NCBI GenBank assembly: GCA_031549735.1
Contig: JAVBPF010000031.1
Location: forward strand, 1-42,066
Direction: 5' to 3'
DNA length: 42,066 nucleotides
Origin: Oscillospiraceae bacterium
GTDB taxonomy: Bacteria; Bacillota; Clostridia; Oscillospirales; UBA929
Below are positions 29,427 to 40,696 of the stretch, in pieces; the stretch's first letter is position 1, and each line of letters starts with the position of its first letter. The notes beneath the pieces are model-generated. The model did no database searches. It was not told where the DNA came from and saw nothing but the letters and a program-made list of their open reading frames with translations. Made by a program: the position numbers and the translations under genes.

Positions 29427-30370
29427 CGCCGCGCGCGGGCCAATGCGCCCGCCCGAAGCTCCAGATCGTAGCCCTCGCGCCGCATACGGCCGTCCAGATA
29501 GAGCAGAACCGCGAGAATCGGCAGCAGCGGTAGCGTAATGGAGGAGAGGAAAGTGGTGACCAACGTGGTCAGCCAGACCGGCAATGTGACCAGCGTCAGG
29601 AGATAGCTCGATAGCAGACTCCAGGCCAAATCAAGGAACAAGATCATGACAAAGCCGAAGGAGAACGTGAAGGTGTTCTTCCAAAAAGAGCGGAAATAGA
29701 GCGAAAAAGCGCGTCCCACCGCACCGAAACCGTAACGGCCCTCATGGAAAAACACCGCGTAGACCAGCGTCGTCCAAAAATAGGCAATCCCATACAGAAG
29801 CAACACCGCCAGCACCATCAGGACGGTCATCACAATGATGAGGGCGGGTACACCGCTCATGGCGAACATCGCGAAGATAAAGATGACAACCAGCATGGGA
29901 AACAGTACGGCCAATATACTAGCCACCAGAACGAGGAGCTGCGCCAGACCGGTGACAAAAAGCTTGCCATACAGACGAAGCGTGCCGGTAAACCATTCGG
30001 ACGGTTTGCGGCGCGCTCCATGAATATACCCGCCGGCAATGTTGGTTATGCCGCCGGTGATGATCGGGATGATGAACAGGAATGTCAAAAATTGAATCAG
30101 AAGACCCCAGTTGAAGGCGGGAGAAAAGCTCGGGACGGCCATATCGCTGTTTAGGTACGACTCGAAGTAAGAGGTATAGGAATTCAACAATGAATCCACA
30201 AGCGTACCGCCCGACCAGAGATAGATCCCCAGCTCGGTCAGAAAACTCACAACGCCGGAAATCCCCAGTGCGAAAATACAGATGGACACAAAATTGCGCC
30301 GGTAAATCCGGAACGAATTGTCCAACACGGTGCCCATCCCCATCGGCGCCAGCGGAAAAGGTGTGTTCAT
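29423..30370 (-). CDS. Polytopic membrane protein of the MoxR module (GDPD-membrane-domain-like)
   Basis: LAPMGMGTVLDNSFRIYRRNF N-terminus, about 6-7 TMs, C-terminal LLYLDGRMRREGYDL. Confidence 0.78.
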   Translation of the reverse strand: MNTPFPLAPMGMGTVLDNSFRIYRRNFVSICIFALGISGVVSFLTELGIYLWSGGTLVDSLLNSYTSYFESYLNSDMAVPSFSPAFNWGLLIQFLTFLFIIPIITGGITNIAGGYIHGARRKPSEWFTGTLRLYGKLFVTGLAQLLVLVASILAVLFPMLVVIFIFAMFAMSGVPALIIVMTVLMVLAVLLLYGIAYFWTTLVYAVFFHEGRYGFGAVGRAFSLYFRSFWKNTFTFSFGFVMILFLDLAWSLLSSYLLTLVTLPVWLTTLVTTFLSSITLPLLPILAVLLYLDGRMRREGYDLELRAGALARARR

Positions 30371-30415
30371 AATTCACCCCGTCGAAAGCACGCCCTGCCC
30401 GGCGCGCATCATTAT

Positions 30416-31615
30416 CTATCGAAGCAGCCCCACGCAATCATAATGCGGTTTCTGCGCCAGCTTGTCCCGCTGTTCACGAAAAACGGTGTGTGCCAGCGCG
30501 ATGACCAAATAGTCGCAGCGGAGCGCCTCGGGCAGCGTCAGATTGGCAAACCCTTCGATGTCGGCGTCGGACACGTGCGGTTCACAGGCTGACACACGCA
30601 CGCCCCGGTCACGCAGGTCATGGCACAGGGTGAGGGACGGCGACTCGCGCAGATCGTCGATGTCCGGCTTGTAGGCCAGTCCCATCACACAGACGTGCGC
30701 GCCGGCCGGAAGCTCGCGTACCACCGCTTCGGCTACAACATGCGGCTTGTTGTCGTTGATGCGCCGCGCCGTACCGATAAGCGGGGTTTCGGCGGGGAAA
30801 CGCTCGTGAATGAACCAGGGGTCGATGGCGATGCAGTGCCCGCCCACGCCCACGCCGGGGGTGTGGACGTTGACGCGGGGATGGCAATTGGCCAGATCAA
30901 TCAGTGAAAACACGTCGATGCCCAGCTTGGCGCACACACCCGACAGCTCGTTGGCAAAGGCGATGTTGATGTCGCGGAAGGTGTTTTCCACCAGCTTGCA
31001 CATCTCGGCGGTCACGTCGTCGGTCACCTTGAGCTGGCCGCCGGTGGCCACGCGCCGGTAAATGTCGCAGGCCAACCGTGTGGCTTCGGCCGTCATACCG
31101 CCAATGATGCGGTCGTTGTTTTGCAGCTCATAGAGGATCCGACCGGGGATGACCCGCTCGGGACAGTGCGCCACATGGAAGCGCTCGGCTGCCAATCCGG
31201 AATGCTGAGCCAGCTCGTCGCGCAGCATCCGGCAGGTTGTGGGCGGCACGGTGGATTCCAGCACGACCAGATTGCCCTCGGCCAGCACTTGGGCGATCTG
31301 CCGTGCGGCGGCCGCCACAAAGGTCAGATCTGCCTTGGGCGTTCCGCCCGCGCCGTCGACCTTGGGGGTCTGCACCGTAATGATAAACGCGTCGGCGGGC
31401 ACAAGCGTCGTTCCGAACGTCAGCCGCCCGGTATTGCGCGCCGAGGCGAACAGTTCGTCCAGACCGGGCTCAACGATGGGCAGGCGTCCCTCGGACAATG
31501 TCTGCACCACGTCGGGCTTGATGTCGACGCCATGCACCTGAAACCCCGCCTCGGCCAAAGTGATGGCGGTGGGCAGACCGATGTAGCCCAGCCCCAGAAC
31601 ACAGATTTTTTCCAT
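30416..31615 (-). CDS. wecC: Nucleotide-sugar dehydrogenase (UDP-N-acetyl-D-mannosamine dehydrogenase-like)
   Basis: GLGYIGLP, LESTVPP, HCPERVIPG, KLVENTFRD, catalytic GVGGHCI, GLAYKPDIDDLRESP. Confidence 0.82.
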   Translation of the reverse strand: MEKICVLGLGYIGLPTAITLAEAGFQVHGVDIKPDVVQTLSEGRLPIVEPGLDELFASARNTGRLTFGTTLVPADAFIITVQTPKVDGAGGTPKADLTFVAAAARQIAQVLAEGNLVVLESTVPPTTCRMLRDELAQHSGLAAERFHVAHCPERVIPGRILYELQNNDRIIGGMTAEATRLACDIYRRVATGGQLKVTDDVTAEMCKLVENTFRDINIAFANELSGVCAKLGIDVFSLIDLANCHPRVNVHTPGVGVGGHCIAIDPWFIHERFPAETPLIGTARRINDNKPHVVAEAVVRELPAGAHVCVMGLAYKPDIDDLRESPSLTLCHDLRDRGVRVSACEPHVSDADIEGFANLTLPEALRCDYLVIALAHTVFREQRDKLAQKPHYDCVGLLR

Positions 31616-31666
31616 ACTGTTCTCTCTCCCCAATGTTGCAGAAGCCGCGAAGCGGCTTCCAAATCT

Positions 31667-32845
31667 TTATGCCTTGGCGTAGGCGCGCAGTGTGTCGGCC
31701 AAATCGGTTTTCTCCCATGGCAGGTCAAGGTCGGGCCGGCCGAAGTGCCCGTAGGAGGCCGTGGGTGTATAGATGGGACGGCGCAAGTCGAGCGTCTCGA
31801 TGATTTTGGCCGGGCGGAAGTCGAAATGCCGCGCGACGATGGCGGAAAGCTTCTCGTCGGACAGGCGTCCGGTTCCGGCGGTCTCTACCAGAATGGAGAC
31901 CGGCTGCGCCACGCCGATGGCGTAGGAAAGCTCAATCTCACAGCGGCGCGCCAGTCCGGCCGCCACGATGTTCTTGGCGGCATACCGCGCCATGTAGGCG
32001 GCGCTGCGGTCAACCTTGGTGGGATCCTTACCCGAGAAACAGCCGCCGCCGTGCCGGGCAAAGCCGCCGTAGGTATCGACAATGATTTTACGGCCGGTGA
32101 GCCCCGAGTCGCCCGCCGGGCCGCCCACCACAAACCGTCCGGTGGGATTGATATAGATTTTGGTGTCGCCGTCGAGGTAACGGGCGGGGATGACCGGGGC
32201 GATGACCGCCTCGCGCACGGCGGCGCGCAGCGTGTCGATGTCGATGTCCTCGTGCTGGGTGGACACAACGACCGCCTCGACGCGGGCGATATCGCCGTTG
32301 TCGTCGTACTGAACGGTCACCTGACTTTTACCGTCGGGGCGCAAAAAGGGAAGCTCGCCGATCTTGCGGCACTCGGCCAGCCGGCGGGTCAGCGCGTGTG
32401 CCAGCGAGAGCGAGGCCGGCATATACTCGGCCGTCTCATCACAGGCAAACCCAAACATCATGCCCTGGTCGCCCGCGCCGATCCGATCGGCGTCGGCATG
32501 CGCCCGCTTGAATTCCATCGAGTGATCGACGCCCAGCGCGATGTCGGCGCTCTGTTCGTCGATCGAGGTCAGCACGGCGCAGGTTTTGTAGTCGAAGCCC
32601 AGATCGGGGTTGTCGTAGCCGGCGCTGCGGATGACGCCGCGCACCACGGACGGGATGTCAACATAGCACTGGGTCGTGATCTCACCCATCACAAAGGCCA
32701 TGCCGGTGGTGACGATGGATTCACAGGCCACGCGGCCGAACGGATCCTGCCGCAGGATGGCGTCCAGAACGCCGTCGGAGATCTGGTCGCAGATTTTATC
32801 GGGATGGCCTTCGGTGACCGATTCCGAGGTAAACAGTCGAGCCAC
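31667..32845 (-). CDS. metK: S-adenosylmethionine synthetase
   Basis: [49 protein letters not shown] at 32845 follows AAGGAGG; alternative ATG at 32851. Confidence 0.97.
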   Translation of the reverse strand: MARLFTSESVTEGHPDKICDQISDGVLDAILRQDPFGRVACESIVTTGMAFVMGEITTQCYVDIPSVVRGVIRSAGYDNPDLGFDYKTCAVLTSIDEQSADIALGVDHSMEFKRAHADADRIGAGDQGMMFGFACDETAEYMPASLSLAHALTRRLAECRKIGELPFLRPDGKSQVTVQYDDNGDIARVEAVVVSTQHEDIDIDTLRAAVREAVIAPVIPARYLDGDTKIYINPTGRFVVGGPAGDSGLTGRKIIVDTYGGFARHGGGCFSGKDPTKVDRSAAYMARYAAKNIVAAGLARRCEIELSYAIGVAQPVSILVETAGTGRLSDEKLSAIVARHFDFRPAKIIETLDLRRPIYTPTASYGHFGRPDLDLPWEKTDLADTLRAYAKA

Positions 32846-32892
32846 AATCATTCCTCCTTGGGTAGCGATAATTTCATGGGGTCAGCAACGTC

Positions 32893-34131
32893 TCAGAACT
32901 GTCTGAGGTACGCGTCCTGATCCGGCGTCAGGCGGTCGATGCTCAGACCGCGGGCCGCCAGCTTCAGCCGCGCCACCTGTTCGTCGATGGCGGGCGGTAC
33001 GTCATAGACGCCGGGCGCGAGCGACGCGCCGTGAATGGCCAGATGCCGCAGGCACAACGCTTGCACGGCAAAGCTCATATCCATAATCTCGGCGGGATGC
33101 CCCAAGCCGGCGGCCAGATTGACCAGACGGCCTTCCGCCAGCAGGTTGAGCGTCCGGCCGTCGCCCATCCGGTAACCGGTGATGTTTTTCCGGCGCGGGC
33201 GAATGTCCACCGACAGCCTGTCCAAGTCGTCTTTGTCGATCTCCACATCGAAGTGTCCGGCGTTGGCCAGCAGCGCCTCGTTTTTCATACGCTCCATATG
33301 GCGAGCCGTGATGACCTTTTCGCAGCCTGTGACCGTGATGAAAATGTCGCCGAGCGGGGCGGCTTCGTCCATGGTCATCACCGAAAAGCCGTCGCAGTCG
33401 GCCTCGATGGCCTTGACCGGATCGACCTCGGTGACGATGACACGGGCGCCCAGCCCCTGCGCGCGCATGGCAACGCCGCGGCCGCACCAGCCATATCCGG
33501 CCACAACGACCGTCTTGCCGCTCACCTGGACGTTGGTGGTGTGCAGGATGCCCTCCCAGGTGGACTGGCCGGTACCGTACCGGTTGTCGAACAAGTGCTT
33601 GCACTGCGCGTCGTTGACGGCCAGTGTGGGATAAAGCAGCTGACCCGAGGCCAGCCGGGCGCGCAGCCGCGCCACGCCGGTGGTGGTCTCCTCGGTGATG
33701 CCCAAAAGCGCGTCGCCCCATGCGCGCGCGTCGCCGTGCAAAAGCGCGGTGAGGTCGCCGCCGTCGTCCAATACGAGATGCGGATGAAATGATATCGTCT
33801 GCTTGAGATGTTCTTCATACTGCCCGGGCGTCGCCCCGTGCGCGGCGTAAACCGACACCCCCAGCGAGGCCAGTCCGGCCGCCACATCGTCCTGCGTGGA
33901 CAGCGGATTGCAGCCGGTCGCGGCCACCTCCGCTCCGCCCGCGCGCAGCAAAAGCGCCAGCCGCGCGGTTTTGGCCTCCAGATGGATGGACAGGGAAAGC
34001 CGCCGTCCGGCAAAGGGCTTTTCTTCCGCAAAGGTCTGCTCCAGAGCGGCCAGAACCGGCATGTGCGCGGCGACCCAATCGATTTTTTGACGGCCGGACG
34101 CCGCCGGATCCATGGATTCAAACGGAAGCAA
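32893..34131 (-). CDS. ahcY: Adenosylhomocysteinase, short form
   Basis: CNPLSTQD, EETTTG, KHLFDNRYGTGQS, GYGWCGRG, NAGHFD.EID, GRLVNL...GHP.EIMD.SF. Confidence 0.96.
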   Translation of the reverse strand: MLPFESMDPAASGRQKIDWVAAHMPVLAALEQTFAEEKPFAGRRLSLSIHLEAKTARLALLLRAGGAEVAATGCNPLSTQDDVAAGLASLGVSVYAAHGATPGQYEEHLKQTISFHPHLVLDDGGDLTALLHGDARAWGDALLGITEETTTGVARLRARLASGQLLYPTLAVNDAQCKHLFDNRYGTGQSTWEGILHTTNVQVSGKTVVVAGYGWCGRGVAMRAQGLGARVIVTEVDPVKAIEADCDGFSVMTMDEAAPLGDIFITVTGCEKVITARHMERMKNEALLANAGHFDVEIDKDDLDRLSVDIRPRRKNITGYRMGDGRTLNLLAEGRLVNLAAGLGHPAEIMDMSFAVQALCLRHLAIHGASLAPGVYDVPPAIDEQVARLKLAARGLSIDRLTPDQDAYLRQF

Positions 34132-34235
34132 AAAAACACCTCATTCAGCGGGAGATGGGCAGCGCTCATGGGCCGGGTGCGATTCATCCACCGAGCCGGA
34201 AGCTACAAAAAAGAGCGCCCCGCAAAACCGGGACA

Positions 34236-34264
34236 AGTATATCATGATTTATGGGACAGGACAA
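34236..34264 (-). promoter_or_regulatory. SigA promoter of the ahcY-metK operon
   Basis: TTGTCC-17 bp-TATACT with an extended TG. Confidence 0.65.
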
Positions 34265-34412
34265 GTAGGCGCGCCGTTCATAGGGCAGCCTTTCGGGTGT
34301 TGCATCTTCGATGTTGCAGGCCCAACAGCGCACAACCAAAAAGCGCCCGCCAAGGCGGTCCATGCCATGGGAACGACACTTTTTTCATTTGATTTCTCCC
34401 TGCTACCCGAGG

Positions 34413-34457
34413 AAAACGCGTGCCCCTGCCCGAACCAACCGGGCAGGGGCACGCGTT
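34413..34457 (-). terminator. Hairpin/terminator after the lipoprotein gene
   Basis: Perfect 18-bp inverted repeat aacgcgtgcccctgcccg/cgggcaggggcacgcgtt with a short U tail on the minus strand. Confidence 0.7.
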
Positions 34458-34499
34458 CAATGTCTGGATATCCACTGAGTTTATCATGGCGTACAAATG

Positions 34500-34886
34500 C
34501 TACTTCTTTTCAAAAATCATGTTGATGACCAGTTCTCCGCTTTCCTGCTTCATGGTCATTTTGTTGCCTTCGCGCGTGATGATTTGCTCCAAGCCGGTGC
34601 TGTCGGTTAAGACGATGGTATCTCCGTCCAGCGTGTAGGACCCCTCGTCGGCCCGGTCACCCAGCGTAAGCGAGGCCTTGCCGCCCGACTTGAACTCGAT
34701 GACGCACTCGCCCAGTGACGCTTTCAGCTGTTCGGCCGTTACGGTGATGCCCGACATTTCGCCGCCGGACAGAACCCACTTGGTTCCCGACAGGCCATCA
34801 CCATCGCCGTCGCAAGCAACCAGCATGGAGCAGCAAGCGATGAGAAGAACGGCCACCATGGCCAAGGGCAGGATTCTTTTTTTCAT
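34500..34886 (-). CDS. Small beta-barrel (lipocalin-like) lipoprotein
   Basis: MKKR, hydrophobic stretch and LVAC lipobox, followed by GTKWVL, EFKSGG and GSYTLDGD. AGGAGG RBS. Confidence 0.75.
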   Translation of the reverse strand: MKKRILPLAMVAVLLIACCSMLVACDGDGDGLSGTKWVLSGGEMSGITVTAEQLKASLGECVIEFKSGGKASLTLGDRADEGSYTLDGDTIVLTDSTGLEQIITREGNKMTMKQESGELVINMIFEKK

Positions 34887-35014
34887 GCTTTCTTCCTCCT
34901 GATTTCAACGTGAATCTACCATATAGGAATACGGGTCGGATTGTCAAGAGAAAGATCATGCCCGACACCGGACAAAAGCCCTCTCGCATTCAAAAATCGT
35001 TTACATTTCGCCCC

Positions 35015-35043
35015 TTGACAATATTGCGGGCGAGTGGTACATT
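35015..35043 (+). promoter_or_regulatory. SigA promoter of the hrcA operon
   Basis: TTGACA-17 bp-TACATT with an extended TG. Confidence 0.8.
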
Positions 35044-35047
35044 ATCG

Positions 35048-35074
35048 TTAGCACTCGATCCAAGAGAGTGCTAA
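35048..35074 (+). promoter_or_regulatory. CIRCE operator (HrcA binding site)
   Basis: Perfect TTAGCACTC-N9-GAGTGCTAA. Confidence 0.97.
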
Positions 35075-35202
35075 CTCTCGCAGTCACCATTGAAGCTCAA
35101 TGCTTCACCTGATTTCTTGCGTGTCGCCGGATAGCGCCGCCTCCGGCGCGGCGCTGCCTCGAGACACTGTTGAGCGGCCTGTGGCCTCGAAGAGGGATTG
35201 GT

Positions 35203-36252
35203 ATGGAACTGACTTCACGAAAAAAGAAAATACTGCAAGCTGTCGTCGAGTCGTATGTGCAGTCGGCCGAACCGGTGGGCTCGCAAGCGCTGGCGGGACG
35301 GGGTGAATTGAACGTCTCCCCCGCCACGCTCCGTCACGAAATGGCTGAGCTGGAAGCGCTGGGTTACTTGGAGCATCCCCACACCTCGGCCGGGCGCATC
35401 CCCACGCCACTGGGTTACCGACTCTTTGTCAACGAGCTGATGAACCGGCATCGACTGGCCGAGGCCGAACGCGAGGCGCTCGACGCCGTCACGCGCATGA
35501 AACAGCAAAAAATCGATCGGCTGCTGCTGGAAGCCGGCGACCTGCTGTCCTCCCTCACGCAGTATCCCTCTTATGCGCTGGCGCTGCGTTCCGAGGCGGT
35601 TCGATTGCTGCGGCTCGATTTGTTCGCCACCGCACTGTACACGTTCGTGATCGTGTTGGTCTCCGACACGCATGAGATCAAAAACAAGGTGGTTCGGCAC
35701 AAGGCCGAAGTCGTCGATGAAATCCTGCGCGCGTTGGCGCTGCATATCAATCATACGTTTGTCCGCCGCAACATCTTCGACATCTCCGAGAGCGAGTGGA
35801 GTGAGCTGGAGCGCGATGTTGCCGGCGCCGCCGAATACTCGCCGGCCGTCCGCCTGTTCTTCCACGAGCTGCGCGACGAGCACGAAGAGCGGGAAGCCAT
35901 TCTGACCGGACAGTCCCGCCTGTTGGATCACCCTGAGTACCGAGACATCGCCAAAGCCCGTTCCCTGTTGGAGTATCTCTCCGACCGCCGTGAGCTGGCT
36001 CGTCTGGCGCCGCCCAGTCCCAGCTCGGCCGTGCAGTTCATCATCGGGCCGGAGAACGTGGCCGAGCAGCTGCAAAACGCCAGTGTGGTGGTCACGAGCT
36101 ACCCCATCGGCGACGGCATCAGGGGGCTCATCGGCATCATCGGCCCAACCCGCATGGATTATGCCAAACTCACGTCTCGATTGAGCTATTTTGCCGGACG
36201 GCTGGGCGACTTCCTCGCGTCCGGCGAGGATCTTCCCGGAAAGGATGAATGA
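35203..36252 (+). CDS. hrcA: Heat-inducible transcription repressor HrcA
   Basis: EPVGS, SPATLR.EMA.LE..GYL.HPHTSAGRIPT, GIIGPTRMDY. CIRCE upstream. Confidence 0.96.
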   Translation: MELTSRKKKILQAVVESYVQSAEPVGSQALAGRGELNVSPATLRHEMAELEALGYLEHPHTSAGRIPTPLGYRLFVNELMNRHRLAEAEREALDAVTRMKQQKIDRLLLEAGDLLSSLTQYPSYALALRSEAVRLLRLDLFATALYTFVIVLVSDTHEIKNKVVRHKAEVVDEILRALALHINHTFVRRNIFDISESEWSELERDVAGAAEYSPAVRLFFHELRDEHEEREAILTGQSRLLDHPEYRDIAKARSLLEYLSDRRELARLAPPSPSSAVQFIIGPENVAEQLQNASVVVTSYPIGDGIRGLIGIIGPTRMDYAKLTSRLSYFAGRLGDFLASGEDLPGKDE

Positions 36253-36253
36253 T

Positions 36254-36874
36254 ATGAGCGCTTCCGAGAAAAAGAAAAAGGACAACCGCCCGCCCGGTTC
36301 TTCCGTATCCGAGCCGACGGCTTCGCCCGAGCCCCTTGAAAGGAACATGCCCGAAGCACCCCCGGCCGAGGACAGCGCGTCGAATTCACCCGCCCCGGAA
36401 GAGATGCCCTCTCAGGAGGAGCTGGAACAGTTCTTCGCCGAATGCGTCACCGCCGCCAAGGAGCGGGATGAATGGAAGGATCGTTATGCCCGCCTCGCCG
36501 CCGAGTACGAGAACTACCGCAAACGAACCGCGCGCGAGAAAGATCAGCTCTATGGCGACGCGCAGTCCGAGACCATCGCCAAGTTCCTGCCGATGTACGA
36601 CAATCTGTCCCGCGCCGTCGCCTCACCCTCCACCGACGAGGCCTACAAACAGGGCGTGGAGCTCATCCTGAAGGGTTTGCTGGACTCGCTGGAGAGAATG
36701 GGCGTGACCCTGGTGCCGTCTCTGGGACAGCCCTTTGATCCCGTTCTGCACGAAGCCGTCCTGCACATTGAGGACGAATCGTTGCCCGAAAACTCGGTGG
36801 CTGAAGTTTTTCTGGAGGGCTTTGTCATGGGCGACCGCGTCGTGCGGCACGCCACGGTCAAAGTGGCCAACTGA
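36254..36874 (+). CDS. grpE: Nucleotide exchange factor GrpE
   Basis: RLAAEYENYRKRT, FDPVLHEAV, GF...DRVVRHA.VKV. Confidence 0.95.
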   Translation: MSASEKKKKDNRPPGSSVSEPTASPEPLERNMPEAPPAEDSASNSPAPEEMPSQEELEQFFAECVTAAKERDEWKDRYARLAAEYENYRKRTAREKDQLYGDAQSETIAKFLPMYDNLSRAVASPSTDEAYKQGVELILKGLLDSLERMGVTLVPSLGQPFDPVLHEAVLHIEDESLPENSVAEVFLEGFVMGDRVVRHATVKVAN

Positions 36875-37002
36875 GCTTTCTCCTGAGAATCCCGCGCCGC
36901 CATGCCGATTGAATCGGCGCTTCCCTTGCGATGACGCCGCGTCAACCGCGACTTCATATAAAACAACATTCTGCTCTTGCTATATTGTGAGGAGGATCTA
37001 TC

Positions 37003-38853
<1,851 letters not shown>

Positions 38854-38857
38854 GAAC

Positions 38858-38907
38858 TTGCATGATAAGTCCCCGGGCGCTTTCGCGTCCGGGGACTTAT
38901 CATGCAA
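38858..38907. terminator. 23-bp hairpin between convergent dnaK and anti-sigma genes
   Basis: ttgcatgataagtccccgggcgc-tttc-gcgtccggggacttatcatgcaa. No U tract. Confidence 0.65.
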
Positions 38908-38912
38908 CGGCA

Positions 38913-39890
38913 TCACGCCGGCGTCCAGGTCATGCGTTTTTCAGCGAAACGGTGCTCGACCTGCACCGTCTCCACAATTTCCATATTGTTGTAGGATAGC
39001 TCGGCCCGGAAGCTTATGGTGTCCGCGTCCAGCCAGGTGATATCCGCCATTTCGCAGTAGTTTTCGAAATCCGGGCGCTGCCACACGTCGTAGTCTTTGT
39101 CCTTTCCGACCAGAATGCGGGCGCTGTCCACCAGCTCCGGACTGACCATGCCTTCGGCCACATCAAAAACGGTCAGATACTTGCTCTTGTTGGAGCAGGT
39201 CGACACGGCCATTTTTTTTCCGTCGGGCGACGGGTTCAGCTCGGTGATATACATCTGCGGCGCGGTGAACGCCAGCCAAAGGGACAGCTCGCCGTCCCGG
39301 ATCATCCAGATCTGATTGAGGCTGCCGTAATCGGAGTAGTCGTGAAACAGTGTGAACACCTTGATGTCGTCGTACAGGGTCACGATATAGGGGCTGTCAA
39401 AGGTCTGCGTCAGCACCGAGAGCGAGAATTTGGCGGCCTCCCGCAGCTTGCTCTCCGAATGGTTCATAAAAGGCTGCAGCGCCGCAACGGCCTGTGTGCG
39501 AATATCCTCATCGTTGTAGTATTCCACCAGCTTGTTGATGCAGAGGTATTGTTCAAACGGATCGTCGGATTGCAGCCCGTCAAAATACGCCTGCGCGCCC
39601 TTTTCTTCGGCCTGCGCGTCAAACACGGCCAGTTCCTCCGGTGAGAGGTATCGGATGTAAAGATTCAGATTGTCCTGTTCCGCATTGTCCTGACCGGTCA
39701 GCGCCAGCGCCGAAACCGACAGCGCGGCCAGCAATGTCATCACGGCCAGCGCCACGGCCAGACGGCGTATGTTCCGCCCCGAGCGGACGTTCTGAGCCGA
39801 GGCCTGCCGCAGCAATTCGGCGGTATCAATATCGGCAGTCAGCGCGGCCAGACGGGTATCCGCCGTTTCCTTGAAAGACCTATTCATCAA
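38913..39890 (-). CDS. Putative single-pass membrane anti-sigma factor with HEAT-like and propeller-like extracellular parts
   Basis: Overlaps the ECF sigma stop. Short cytoplasmic N-terminus, one TM, IRTQAVAAL..LREAAKFSL helical repeats and an SPDGKKMAV motif. Confidence 0.6.
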   Translation of the reverse strand: MMNRSFKETADTRLAALTADIDTAELLRQASAQNVRSGRNIRRLAVALAVMTLLAALSVSALALTGQDNAEQDNLNLYIRYLSPEELAVFDAQAEEKGAQAYFDGLQSDDPFEQYLCINKLVEYYNDEDIRTQAVAALQPFMNHSESKLREAAKFSLSVLTQTFDSPYIVTLYDDIKVFTLFHDYSDYGSLNQIWMIRDGELSLWLAFTAPQMYITELNPSPDGKKMAVSTCSNKSKYLTVFDVAEGMVSPELVDSARILVGKDKDYDVWQRPDFENYCEMADITWLDADTISFRAELSYNNMEIVETVQVEHRFAEKRMTWTPA

Positions 39891-40380
39891 ACATGTCTCC
39901 TTTCCAGTCCGCTTTCAGCCGCTCCCTCGCCCTCTTGAGCCTCACCGACACAGTGGACTCGGGACAGCCGAGCGCTTCGGCCATCTCGCGGATTTTCAGT
40001 TCCTGATAGTAATGCAACAGAATGACCTCCCGGTATTTGTCGGGCAGCGCCATGACGGCGCGCAAAACCCGGTCGTCCTCCGGCTCGGGCTTCTCGACCG
40101 GGATGTCGGCCATGGTGTCGGACAGCTCGGTCTGGCGCCACCAACGGGAGCGCCGGTAGTTTTTGCAGGTGTTGATCATAATGCGGGTCAACCAGGTCTT
40201 TTCGCTGCTGCGCCCCCCGTAGCGGGACGCCGTGCTGAACGCCTTGATGAGCGTGTCCTGCAGTGCGTCCTGCGCCAGGTGTATGTCCCCCAGATACAGA
40301 AATCCCATACGCAGCAACGAGTCGCCATATTCAGTCACCATCCGCTCCACATCCGGCGCGGCGGACACTTCTGATCTCAT
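39880..40380 (-). CDS. ECF RNA polymerase sigma-70 factor
   Basis: AQDALQDT, KTWLTRIMINTC (region 2), LPDKYREVILLHYY..EMAEALG..ESTVSVRLKRAR (region 4). AAAGGAGG RBS. Confidence 0.92.
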   Translation of the reverse strand: MRSEVSAAPDVERMVTEYGDSLLRMGFLYLGDIHLAQDALQDTLIKAFSTASRYGGRSSEKTWLTRIMINTCKNYRRSRWWRQTELSDTMADIPVEKPEPEDDRVLRAVMALPDKYREVILLHYYQELKIREMAEALGCPESTVSVRLKRARERLKADWKGDMFDE

Positions 40381-40404
40381 CGGCCTCCCCCTCCTTTCAC
40401 CTCT

Positions 40405-40433
40405 TTGACACACAGGGCGGGAAAATTGTTTCA
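40405..40433 (-). promoter_or_regulatory. Putative autoregulatory ECF promoter
   Basis: TGAAAC-17 bp-TGTC(AA) directly upstream of the sigma RBS, matching the AAC/GTC ECF pattern. Confidence 0.55.
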
Positions 40434-40496
40434 AATGTTTTGGGGGTTATGATAGGATTTTTTTCGCGCGGCTATACATCATACTGATGTAATTTC

Positions 40497-40653
40497 TTGT
40501 CCCTGAGGGGGATGGAGGACGTGACTTTCTTCACGCCAAGAAAGTCACCAAAGAGGCATTTGGGGACGCGGGGGCTGCTTTCCTCTCAGGCAGTCCCGCG
40601 CAAACGCTGTCATCCGGGCTTTGCCGGTTATCACACAGTCTCCGAACCGATGA
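40497..40653. repeat. Dispersed intergenic repeat copy C, uninterrupted, ~157 bp
   Basis: Inverted homologue of 26567-26873. Contains hairpins gtgactttctt-cacgcc-aagaaagtcac and cgcgggggctgc...gcagtcccgcg. Confidence 0.9.
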
Positions 40654-40686
40654 AAAACGGGGCGGCCATGCGGTGCCGCCCCGTTT
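40653..40686 (-). terminator. Intrinsic terminator of the P-type ATPase gene
   Basis: 12-bp stem aaacggggcggc/gccgccccgttt with a T run on the minus strand. Confidence 0.75.
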
Positions 40687-40696
40687 GTGTCCGTCA

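Noticed and set aside
31121-32920. 599-aa ORF antisense to metK/wecC, and similar long antisense ORFs (1382-2644, 11665-12876, 35215-36348, 40673-41650)
   Set aside because: In-register shadows of conserved genes in high-GC DNA with no recognisable domains.
34132-34499. Canonical SAM-I or SMK riboswitch upstream of ahcY-metK
   Set aside because: No AUC.AGAG...GGCAACC core. The CCCGAAAGG match lacks the rest of the SMK motif and is far from the SD.
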